From positions 88,042 to 152,041 of IMG/VR virus record IMGVR_UViG_3300025137_005412: a stretch of 64,000 nucleotides of DNA; one strand, given 5' to 3'. How positions within the stretch are numbered: the stretch's first letter is position 1; every line of letters begins with the position of its first letter. A program made the translations under genes and the position numbers. Below the pieces are notes generated by a model. It was given only the letters and a program-made list of their open reading frames with translations. It did no database searches and was not told where the DNA came from. The stretch is from a virus. Shown here one piece after another: positions 9,555 to 17,838 of this stretch.

Positions 9555-10011
9555 TAACTGTATTAAGATGATCAAACACCATGAAGGTGTTAGGCAACAA
9601 CCATATCAAGATCCAATTGGATTATGGACTGTTGGTGTAGGTCATTTGATTGGTGATGGTAAAAAACTTCCAAAGAAATGGAACAAGACATTTTCAATGG
9701 AAGAAGTAGATAACATTTTGAAAGAAGATCTTAATAGATTTGAAAAAGGTGTTAATACATTAATCCCTATTACTAAGCTTACACAAAATCAATTTGATGC
9801 TTTAGTATCATTCTCTTTTAATGTTGGTCTTGGTAATCTACAAGCATCTACTCTTAGAGCGAAACTAAATAGAGGTGAATATGAAGGTGCAGCTAATGAA
9901 TTTCCTAAATGGAGAAAAGCTGGTGGTAGAGTATTAGCTGGATTAGTTAGAAGAAGAGCTGATGAAAAGAATTTATTTATGGCTGATGTAATTCACTCTA
10001 TTGGTTATTAA
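9529..10011 (+). CDS. Endolysin, GH24 phage lysozyme
   Basis: IKHHEG...PYQD..G.WTVGVGH (E-D-T triad), QNQFDALVSFSFNVG, GLVRRRADE. Start taken as ATG 9529. Confidence 0.92.
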   Translation: MSNPTKVSNNCIKMIKHHEGVRQQPYQDPIGLWTVGVGHLIGDGKKLPKKWNKTFSMEEVDNILKEDLNRFEKGVNTLIPITKLTQNQFDALVSFSFNVGLGNLQASTLRAKLNRGEYEGAANEFPKWRKAGGRVLAGLVRRRADEKNLFMADVIHSIGY

Positions 10012-10313
10012 ACAGAGAAACTTTCACCACATCCACAAGACATAGAAGCATTAGGATTTTTAATTACAAGACTTGATCCTGCAAATTGTTCAACGTAATC
10101 TACTTCAGAACCAAAGATATGTAATTCAGCTATCTTATCTACAACTAATACATCTTCAATTAATACACCATCATCTTCAGTATTAGTAAAATCCCAGATA
10201 TATTCAAAACCAGCACAGCCACCACCTTTAATAGAAAGAAATGCATACTGTTTTTCTTGTGTAGTTAATTTTTCTTTAATATATTTTTTAGCTGATGGTG
10301 ATATACTAAGCAA
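10008..10313 (-). CDS. iscA: A-type Fe-S cluster carrier (HesB/IscA/ErpA family)
   Basis: GGGCAGFEY, GSEVDY, NPNA..SCGCGESF. Probable TTG start at 10313 overlapping the upstream stop (the track start at 10394 lies inside the neighbouring gene). Confidence 0.9.
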   Translation of the reverse strand: MLSISPSAKKYIKEKLTTQEKQYAFLSIKGGGCAGFEYIWDFTNTEDDGVLIEDVLVVDKIAELHIFGSEVDYVEQFAGSSLVIKNPNASMSCGCGESFSV

Positions 10314-10881
10314 AGGTTTTTCCTGTGAATTGAGCGGTACCACCAGTATTTTGTATTTCAAAAGTATTAAATGAAGATACGGTTGTACTACCAAGTGTGA
10401 AGTTAGCTGTTGTTAAATTTGTAAATGTAGACTTACCTGTAGAAGTAAGTGTAGAACCAGAGTTCATTGTTAAATTAGGTATAGTCACATTTGAGTTAAA
10501 TGTAATTGTTCCAGAAGACTTAACATTAAGTGTTCCTTCAACATCTACACTTCCTCTTAGATATGTTTTTCCAATTTGATTTGTTGTACCGTAGTTTGTC
10601 CATATATCATCAGAATCAGTACCATAATATATTGCTGTACCATTAAAACTATCTGAATCTGAACCAAGATAAATTCCACCTTGTTTTATATCAATAGTAG
10701 CGCCAGTAAATACTGCACTTCCAACAACACCAATATTACCATTGAATATGGTATCACCCGTGACTTCTAAGCCAGGCAATGTTATATTAGAAGGATTTTC
10801 AAAACCTGTTAGATTACCATTTTCATCAAATGATAAGGAGCTTATTATATCCGCGTGCTTTCTTGTTTTACTCTTAGCCAT
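10306..10881 (-). CDS. Putative short fibre / virion protein
   Basis: N-terminal MAKSKTR motif, beta-strand G/T/N-rich repeats, C-terminal EIQNTGGT motif, 2 DSD. Confidence 0.55.
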   Translation of the reverse strand: MAKSKTRKHADIISSLSFDENGNLTGFENPSNITLPGLEVTGDTIFNGNIGVVGSAVFTGATIDIKQGGIYLGSDSDSFNGTAIYYGTDSDDIWTNYGTTNQIGKTYLRGSVDVEGTLNVKSSGTITFNSNVTIPNLTMNSGSTLTSTGKSTFTNLTTANFTLGSTTVSSFNTFEIQNTGGTAQFTGKTFA

Positions 10882-10885
10882 ATAT

Positions 10886-10893
10886 TATTTATC
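10886..10893 (-). promoter_or_regulatory. Putative late promoter
   Basis: GATAAATA-atat-ATG(10881). Confidence 0.5.
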
Positions 10894-12031
10894 CATTCGG
10901 GTCAATAAACTTTACTGTTTGAACTGTAGAACCTCCTACATTTTGTACAGTAAGAATCATTTTAGTTGGTATAGAAACGTTTGTAGAACCTATGTTAAAT
11001 CCATCACTATCAACAGTCATTATATTATGACCACTGCCTGAATGGTTTGCTGTTAATGTACCATCAGAATCTCGTATATCAGATACAGTTAATTGAGGTT
11101 TATTTACTATTGTTCCACTAGAGTTATGTATTGGATTAAACTTAAATGTACCAGTTCCAGTTAATGTAGTATTTTTCATATTTACAAACGATTTACCTAA
11201 CTGATTTGATCCGAAAAAAGTATCTAATCTTTGTGAACCACCATTTGCACCCATACCAGAACTTCTTGAACCTGTATTACCTGAACTATTATATTCATAA
11301 ATAAAACCATTATCTGCGTCAGAGTCAGAACCTAAATATCCCCATATAACATCAGACGCTTTAAATAAAGTTCGACCTTGTAAGTCTAATGTACCGAAAC
11401 TTGTGAATACAGTATTCTCTGAATCGTATTGATTTCCTGCAGTTCTTGGATATCCAAATTGCAGAGGTGTATTTTCACCTGATACCCTAGCAATATTGAT
11501 TCTCTGAGTACCGTGTTTTCTACCAAATATAATTCCACTACGTTTAACAAATCTACTAATACCTCTACTCACTAATCCCTGATTGTTTTGACTTCCACCT
11601 ACTAATATAGAATCTGAATCTAATGGAAATTTTCTATGACGGTTTGTAAAGTCATCTAACTTATCGCCATTTATATCTTCACCAAGAAAGAAGTTTCCTT
11701 TAAAAGTTGTAAGTGAATTATCTGAATCACTACCAATGATTGCATCTTGAAATGGTCTTGCATCTGGCAAATTAGTGGATGAGAATCTATTAAAGTTATC
11801 TGAGTCTGGTCTATTATTAAGTGGGAATAATAAATTTCTTGATGTTCTTGTAAAATGAGTACGTATACTATCTGCACCTACTTCAAGTCTACCGAATTTT
11901 ATTGATGTATCATTACTATTACCAAATGAAATTGCATCAGAATCTTCTGATAAGATAAACTTACCACCTGGACTATTAGGATTTACTAAAGTATTTGCTA
12001 TAAGTCTTGTTTTTGATATTTTTTGTGACAT
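10889..12031 (-). CDS. Putative fibre / virion protein
   Basis: N-terminal SKTR motif, C-terminal TVQNVGGSTV motif, ~8 DS[D/E]. Confidence 0.55.
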   Translation of the reverse strand: MSQKISKTRLIANTLVNPNSPGGKFILSEDSDAISFGNSNDTSIKFGRLEVGADSIRTHFTRTSRNLLFPLNNRPDSDNFNRFSSTNLPDARPFQDAIIGSDSDNSLTTFKGNFFLGEDINGDKLDDFTNRHRKFPLDSDSILVGGSQNNQGLVSRGISRFVKRSGIIFGRKHGTQRINIARVSGENTPLQFGYPRTAGNQYDSENTVFTSFGTLDLQGRTLFKASDVIWGYLGSDSDADNGFIYEYNSSGNTGSRSSGMGANGGSQRLDTFFGSNQLGKSFVNMKNTTLTGTGTFKFNPIHNSSGTIVNKPQLTVSDIRDSDGTLTANHSGSGHNIMTVDSDGFNIGSTNVSIPTKMILTVQNVGGSTVQTVKFIDPNG

Positions 12032-12037
12032 AACATT

Positions 12038-12439
12038 TTAAAAATTAAAAATTCTAGGAATATCTTTTGTATTATCGTTTATATCACTAGGTCCTTCAAT
12101 TGCATTTCTTATTGCTCCTGAAGATGCACCACCACCTCTTACAAGACCATTGCCTGAAATTTTTAATTGCACATTTCCTGCATTATTTACTATACCACCA
12201 CCTGAACCAAAACCACCATTACCTATAATATTTCCATTACATATAACTTTTATATATGTTGCTTTAGTAAAATGTGGTAATGTTAATGCTGATATTCCAG
12301 GTAATGCTGTGAGGCTTACACCGTCTGGTACGTCAATAATTACTGATGTTGCTGAAGTTCTTTCAACTTCGTTAGGTTCTATTATGTGACCTACTTGATC
12401 TGTTGTGATTTTTTTATAGTATTGAGTGAGTACATGCAT
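12038..12439 (-). CDS. Gly-rich protein resembling a shortened gp38-type fibre adhesin
   Basis: NGNIIGNGGFGSGGG...GNGLVRGGG...NAI pattern. Start taken at MHVLTQ (12439), just after the upstream stop. Confidence 0.4.
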   Translation of the reverse strand: MHVLTQYYKKITTDQVGHIIEPNEVERTSATSVIIDVPDGVSLTALPGISALTLPHFTKATYIKVICNGNIIGNGGFGSGGGIVNNAGNVQLKISGNGLVRGGGASSGAIRNAIEGPSDINDNTKDIPRIFNF

Positions 12440-12440
12440 C

Positions 12441-12881
12441 TTAGCCTGCCGATGCTTCAGTGAAGAACCATTTACTACCGTCAAATGTTCCTGAAGCCAT
12501 CTTAGCAGAGTTGCTTAATGTTGTTCCTTTAGCTCCGGTTCCCCAATCAATTGTTAATGTACCATTTGAGACTATGGATAATTGTGAACCTGCAATCCAA
12601 CCAGAAGTAGGAACTGTGACTGTACCGACACCAGTGTGAATTACTGTTGTGACAAAACTTCCAGCAGTGACATTATCATTCGCTGTTAAATTTTGTACAC
12701 TTCCTAGAGATCCTGTCATTGCAATGCTATTAGCAGCTATATTACCTGAGCTTACATTTCCACTTACTGAAAGTGTGGTTGATGTAATACCTTGAGTTAT
12801 GATATTTGTTATATTAGCATTCGCATCTTGTTGTATAAGATTTGGTAATTCTGCGAATCTTCTAGTTTTTGATTTTGCCAT
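12441..12881 (-). CDS. Putative short fibre / virion protein
   Basis: MAKSKTRR N-terminus, beta-rich body, TFDGSKWF C-terminus. AGGAG SD. Confidence 0.55.
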   Translation of the reverse strand: MAKSKTRRFAELPNLIQQDANANITNIITQGITSTTLSVSGNVSSGNIAANSIAMTGSLGSVQNLTANDNVTAGSFVTTVIHTGVGTVTVPTSGWIAGSQLSIVSNGTLTIDWGTGAKGTTLSNSAKMASGTFDGSKWFFTEASAG

Positions 12882-12895
12882 AATTTCTCCTACTA

Positions 12896-12903
12896 TATTT
12901 ATT
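12896..12903 (-). promoter_or_regulatory. Putative late promoter
   Basis: AATAAATA-tagt-AGGAG-aaatt-ATG(12881). Confidence 0.5.
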
Positions 12904-15013
12904 ATCCAGACGATCGCTTAAACCAAACTTGTACATTCATTTGGATTGGATCTATTGGGTTAGCACTAGCATCCCATGTACGTACACGGATAGCTCTATT
13001 GTTTGGATTTGCAATGAGTGGTTTACCACCAAAGACATCGATTGTTGCTCCTGTTTCTGAATCAGCTCCAGGACCAGGTGCTACTGCATTTGCGCCTTGA
13101 GCATCAATTGATGAGAATATCGGTTGACCTTGTGGTGCACATGTTGATACTGCCATTGACATATAGAATCCATTAGTATCTGTAATTGGTACTACTTCAG
13201 AATCTAATAAGAAGAAGTAAATACCTTCAGCATGTCTTGAATATTTTAACTGATCTGAATCAAATCCGTATGTTGCTCTATCAATAATCTTATTAGGATT
13301 AGGACCATTATCTGAATCAAATGAAACTCTCATCCAAGCTGCTGTGACTGGTGTCTCTTTAATAGCATCTGCAAATTGATGTGTCCATTGACCACCAGAA
13401 TAAACTAATGATTCACCAATACTTGGTTGTTGACCATCGACTGCTTCATCAACATTTGATAATTGACCAAGAGAACTTACTCCAGTTGTTGGACCACTGA
13501 ATGAGTATACAGCTACAAAGTCATTAACACTGAGTTTAGTTGGGAATAATATATCATTACCATTTACTTGATATTCAAGAACTGGTGATTGTGATAGTAG
13601 TAAACCATTAAGGAATACTAATACGTTTTGTGGGTCATTTGATGCTCCTAATACTGGAGAACAATCTACTAATCCAGTAGTAAATCCTGGATGATTAGTA
13701 TTATTCACAGTAAATGTATGTTCTAAAGTATTAAATGATTCTGATGGTAATCTATTACCACCTAATTGGTTTGATACGTTTCTTATCCATACAGCAGATA
13801 ATTCATCTGAATCTTTCACATAGTTATCTGAATCAAATGCAATCATTCTTGATGCTTTGTAAGTGTTTACCTGATCAGAATCTGAATCAAAATAATAGAA
13901 GTCTCCTTGTTTCTGTGATATGTTTATACCATTCAAGAAGATTAAAGGATTACCACCGACTCTAGCAACAATCATATCAGAATCACTGTAGATATCTGAA
14001 TCAATCATTCTAAATGTTTGGTGATTTCCATTTGCACTTTGTGCGGTTGTACGAGATTTTCTAAATACAACAAAATCTGAATCTGCAAATTTAAAGTTCT
14101 TATAGAAGTGAGCTACTGATTCATCAATAGGTGATATAATAGAAACTTCATCATTTGCTTTTAAACTTCCATAGAATTGAATTGCATCAGATGGACCAGA
14201 AACTACTTGGTCAACATCTTTAGTTGTGACATTTGCAAGAATTCTATAATCAATAAATGCATACTTATCAGAATCAGAATCTCTTGTAGTTGTACCTGAA
14301 CCTGTAGGAGATCTACCATCTCCAAATGCATCTGAATCTACTGGCTGTAAATGACCATTAACAAATACTACAGCATTTGCATTTGAAATTACTTTTGAGA
14401 AACCAATCTTTGTATCTGAATCTGTAATTGATTGTGGTGAAACTGCAGCTGACTGAAAGTCAATAGTAAAGTTTCCTGTTTTATCTGGATCTTGTGGTTC
14501 ATACTTATTACCAGTCCATCTTAAATATTGACCAACAGTTGGACCTTTATCATTATTCATATCACTCATTAAACGAGTAGACATTTCAGCTTGTAGTTCT
14601 GCTAATTTAGGATTATAGTTTGAATTTGTTGGGTCTAGATTATTTCTACTTTTTGCTATTACAGCATCAACAACAGCATCCATAAGATCACTATCAAAGT
14701 GTTGACCTGATCTGAATTCAACGGTACCAGCGGTATTAAATGCTTCTTTTCTATCAGCATCTTTTTGTACTTTATTAAATACGAGTTTGTCTTTAATTGC
14801 TGTTGAATGTCTTGTTTCAATTGTAGGATTTGCTTGATCTGGATTTACAATGAATACATCACTATCTTTACCTGAGTTATAGTTTGCATTATCTCTCTTT
14901 ACTGATAACGTAGTAAATGTTTCAATTGTATTATCACTATCAATACGTGATTTAGTTCCGTCAACTACGAAACCAGCACCTAATTTTGATAAATCTCTTG
15001 TCTTAGTACCCAT
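12902..15013 (-). CDS. Putative tail fibre / baseplate-associated structural protein
   Basis: TKTR N-terminus, fibre motifs (PTVGQYLRWTGNKY; LGQLSNVD...GESLVYSGGQW), three [VI]F[VL]NG repeat domains, ~18 DS[D/E]. Confidence 0.6.
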   Translation of the reverse strand: MGTKTRDLSKLGAGFVVDGTKSRIDSDNTIETFTTLSVKRDNANYNSGKDSDVFIVNPDQANPTIETRHSTAIKDKLVFNKVQKDADRKEAFNTAGTVEFRSGQHFDSDLMDAVVDAVIAKSRNNLDPTNSNYNPKLAELQAEMSTRLMSDMNNDKGPTVGQYLRWTGNKYEPQDPDKTGNFTIDFQSAAVSPQSITDSDTKIGFSKVISNANAVVFVNGHLQPVDSDAFGDGRSPTGSGTTTRDSDSDKYAFIDYRILANVTTKDVDQVVSGPSDAIQFYGSLKANDEVSIISPIDESVAHFYKNFKFADSDFVVFRKSRTTAQSANGNHQTFRMIDSDIYSDSDMIVARVGGNPLIFLNGINISQKQGDFYYFDSDSDQVNTYKASRMIAFDSDNYVKDSDELSAVWIRNVSNQLGGNRLPSESFNTLEHTFTVNNTNHPGFTTGLVDCSPVLGASNDPQNVLVFLNGLLLSQSPVLEYQVNGNDILFPTKLSVNDFVAVYSFSGPTTGVSSLGQLSNVDEAVDGQQPSIGESLVYSGGQWTHQFADAIKETPVTAAWMRVSFDSDNGPNPNKIIDRATYGFDSDQLKYSRHAEGIYFFLLDSEVVPITDTNGFYMSMAVSTCAPQGQPIFSSIDAQGANAVAPGPGADSETGATIDVFGGKPLIANPNNRAIRVRTWDASANPIDPIQMNVQVWFKRSSG

Positions 15014-15017
15014 AGTT

Positions 15018-15025
15018 TATTTAAT
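15018..15025 (-). promoter_or_regulatory. Putative late promoter
   Basis: ATTAAATA-aact-ATG(15013). Confidence 0.45.
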
Positions 15026-15026
15026 C

Positions 15027-17372
15027 CTAATTTACCATTGTGTGATACTCAATAGTGATCACATCGGCTATCGCGGTGTTTACCGCAAAGTTAATAACAA
15101 TATTCGAACCTGAAACTGCTGATGAACTTATATCAACCGTATGGTTAACTAAAGCAGTACCTAATCTATTATAAGATTTAGAATTTAATTGTCTTACACC
15201 ATTGTGAAATACTTTAATGTTTTCTGCTAATGGTGTTGTGACTTTATTTGGTACTACAAATGTAAATGATGAGTATGAACCTTCAGAATCATTTACAATA
15301 TGTTCTTGTGTTATCATTCTAAATGAATTAGCAATATGTTTAGAGAATATTTGGTCTATATCACTATCATCTCTTATTACTTGAACAACTCCTCTTGCAG
15401 TTCTTCTCTGTAAGTCAGAGTCTGAATCAAATGTTTGAATATAATTCTTTTTAAGTGTTGCTTTTAAATTTGTACCAGAAACAAGATCATCTGAGTCTAA
15501 TCTTTGAACTCTATCTAAAATTAAATTATCAAATCTTACACGTAGGTCTGAATCTCTAGCCATAGAATCTGAATCAGAAGCAACTGCACTTTCAGATATT
15601 CTATTTAGTAAATGTGTGAATGTTCTTGATACAAGTTCTGAATCTGAATCCATCTTTAAGATTTCTTTTCTTGCTACACTTTGTATAAGATTGTTCTCAG
15701 AATCTTGATTTATTAATTGGTTTATAACTATATCTGAAAGTCTATCTTTAAGACTCGTGTCAGAGTCAATAGTTTTCATTACAATATCATTTACAATAAC
15801 TGATTTATCTGAATCAGTAAATGATCCAATAATTGCTCTTCTTACTTTCTCTAATTCTGAATCATTACCATTCTTATAACCATTATCTGAATCACCAGAT
15901 CCAAATACATATTCTCTTAATGGTCTCCATATTTTATGTCTGTGTAGTTTCTTATCACTGTCAGAAATATTAACACCATTTCCACCAAGATATCTTACAG
16001 AAGTTCTTTCTACAAACTTTTTATTAATATCAAAGAATTTTCTTGCAAATGATGGGTGATACATGTAGTAGTTTGTATGTGTTCTCTTACCACCGTTAGT
16101 TGCTCTACTTCTGTAATCAGAATCTTTTAATTCCATCATGCTGTCTGAATCTACAGCACCAAGTCTGAGTCCCATGAAACCCCAGAAGTTTGCATTTCTG
16201 GCAATTAGATCTGCAATATAATCTGAATCTTTTCTTACTTGAACAAGAACACCCGGTTGGGTTTTCTTATCATAACCTAATGAATATCCTTCAGAGTCTG
16301 AATCAGTTAATACTCCACGACCTTGTTGAGCATCAATTGTTCCTGAACCTGAGACACCTGCTAGATATTGAAACTCTGAATCACGTTTTAGGTGACTAAA
16401 ATCAAGGTAATCATAGAATAAGTTAAAATTACCAGTGTGTAATGGTTGTGATCTTCTTGTGACTGTTTGATATGTAGCACCTAATCTTGTTCCAAGTAAG
16501 TTAGCACCATAAGTTCTCGTATGACCAGCATTAGTAAAGTCTGAATCAAGTATAATACCTTCAACAACTATAGATGCGAGTTTTCTTCTAAGGTAATAAA
16601 GTCTATTTCTGTTTGTATCTGAATCAATTAAATTATTTGTATCTGAGTCATGCTTAAGAGCACCATAAGAGAGATCTCTGTTAAATGGTAATAATAGTCT
16701 TTCAGTATTGCTTGCTGAGTTTCGTAAACCTATAGAATTTTCTTCAAAGAAATCAAGAAATACTTCTAACATGTCTGTTGCAGCTGGTAAGTCTGAATCG
16801 TAATGTAATGGTAATTGTCTTGCAATAGCTTTATAGCCATCACTATCATTCTTGACAATATTCAATTCAGCTTGTAATCTTCTTAGTTCTACTTGATCAA
16901 ATTTTATGAAGTTTATAAAATATGCTTTTAGTAATGTTTTGAAACTTATAAATTTTGATGCTGAATCAGAGTCAGCCGCCATCAATACATGCGGAGCTCC
17001 TTTATAAGTGTTTCCTGCACCATCATCAAATGAAACAGGTATCTCATCTATGAAAGATCTAAGTTTTGACCATTCAGCTGAGTTAGGACCAGTGCCACTA
17101 TCAATAGCTGAAGTCTTACTCCAACCAGAAGGCTTGCCATAATATTCTACTAGGTGATCGCTATCTATGTTTTGGTATATTGTATTGATGACATCTGAGT
17201 CCATGGTTCGAGCGATTGAACGAACATAGTGTCTGAGATCATCAGAAACTCGTTTTGAATCGTGGGCCGTAACTCCACGTGAGTCATATATTTTTGAGAT
17301 TTTTGCCCAATCGGAACGTAATCCCGTTACGTCGGTCTGAAAGGGTCTTATCTCGGAATCATTCAATGCCAT
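15027..17372 (-). CDS. Large DSD-rich protein, probably virion structural
   Basis: 781 aa, ~30 DS[D/E], helical middle, C-terminal KVFHNGVRQ domain like those of the downstream gene. Confidence 0.55.
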   Translation of the reverse strand: MALNDSEIRPFQTDVTGLRSDWAKISKIYDSRGVTAHDSKRVSDDLRHYVRSIARTMDSDVINTIYQNIDSDHLVEYYGKPSGWSKTSAIDSGTGPNSAEWSKLRSFIDEIPVSFDDGAGNTYKGAPHVLMAADSDSASKFISFKTLLKAYFINFIKFDQVELRRLQAELNIVKNDSDGYKAIARQLPLHYDSDLPAATDMLEVFLDFFEENSIGLRNSASNTERLLLPFNRDLSYGALKHDSDTNNLIDSDTNRNRLYYLRRKLASIVVEGIILDSDFTNAGHTRTYGANLLGTRLGATYQTVTRRSQPLHTGNFNLFYDYLDFSHLKRDSEFQYLAGVSGSGTIDAQQGRGVLTDSDSEGYSLGYDKKTQPGVLVQVRKDSDYIADLIARNANFWGFMGLRLGAVDSDSMMELKDSDYRSRATNGGKRTHTNYYMYHPSFARKFFDINKKFVERTSVRYLGGNGVNISDSDKKLHRHKIWRPLREYVFGSGDSDNGYKNGNDSELEKVRRAIIGSFTDSDKSVIVNDIVMKTIDSDTSLKDRLSDIVINQLINQDSENNLIQSVARKEILKMDSDSELVSRTFTHLLNRISESAVASDSDSMARDSDLRVRFDNLILDRVQRLDSDDLVSGTNLKATLKKNYIQTFDSDSDLQRRTARGVVQVIRDDSDIDQIFSKHIANSFRMITQEHIVNDSEGSYSSFTFVVPNKVTTPLAENIKVFHNGVRQLNSKSYNRLGTALVNHTVDISSSAVSGSNIVINFAVNTAIADVITIEYHTMVN

Positions 17373-17400
17373 TGGTCACCAATTATAAAGTATACTTGAT

Positions 17401-17425
17401 TTATTTATTCTTTTGGAATAAATAA
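17401..17425. promoter_or_regulatory. Back-to-back divergent late promoters forming a 10-bp inverted repeat
   Basis: TTATTTATTC-ttttg-GAATAAATAA between the minus-strand fibre block and gp25. Confidence 0.6.
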
Positions 17426-17428
17426 TTC

Positions 17429-17836
17429 ATGGCAATACAACAGACATTTCAAAGAAAAAGCAAATATAAAGATTTCGATCTAAACTTCACAAAACACCCT
17501 CTTACAAATGATTTAGCTGTAAAAAAAGGTGTATCATCTATTAATCAATCTGTGAAGAGTTTAATTCAGACCGCTTTCTATGAGAGACCATTTCAACCGA
17601 CTCTTGGTTCACAAGCTAGAAGCCTTTTGTTTGAAAATGCTGATGCGATAGTTATACAGAACATGAGAACATTGATCAAAGAGACAATTACAAATCATGA
17701 ACCAAGAGTAGCAGTGCGAAGTATTGCTATTCAAGATATGACAGATTCAAATGCTTATGCTATTGAATTAAGATATGAGATGCTTGATATTAAAACAGAT
17801 GAGACACTCAATATAGTTCTCGAGAGACTGAGGTAA
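17429..17836 (+). CDS. gp25: Baseplate wedge subunit gp25
   Basis: YKDFDLNF..HP, ERPFQP.LGS, HEPRV. Confidence 0.92.
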   Translation: MAIQQTFQRKSKYKDFDLNFTKHPLTNDLAVKKGVSSINQSVKSLIQTAFYERPFQPTLGSQARSLLFENADAIVIQNMRTLIKETITNHEPRVAVRSIAIQDMTDSNAYAIELRYEMLDIKTDETLNIVLERLR

Positions 17837-17838
17837 AA

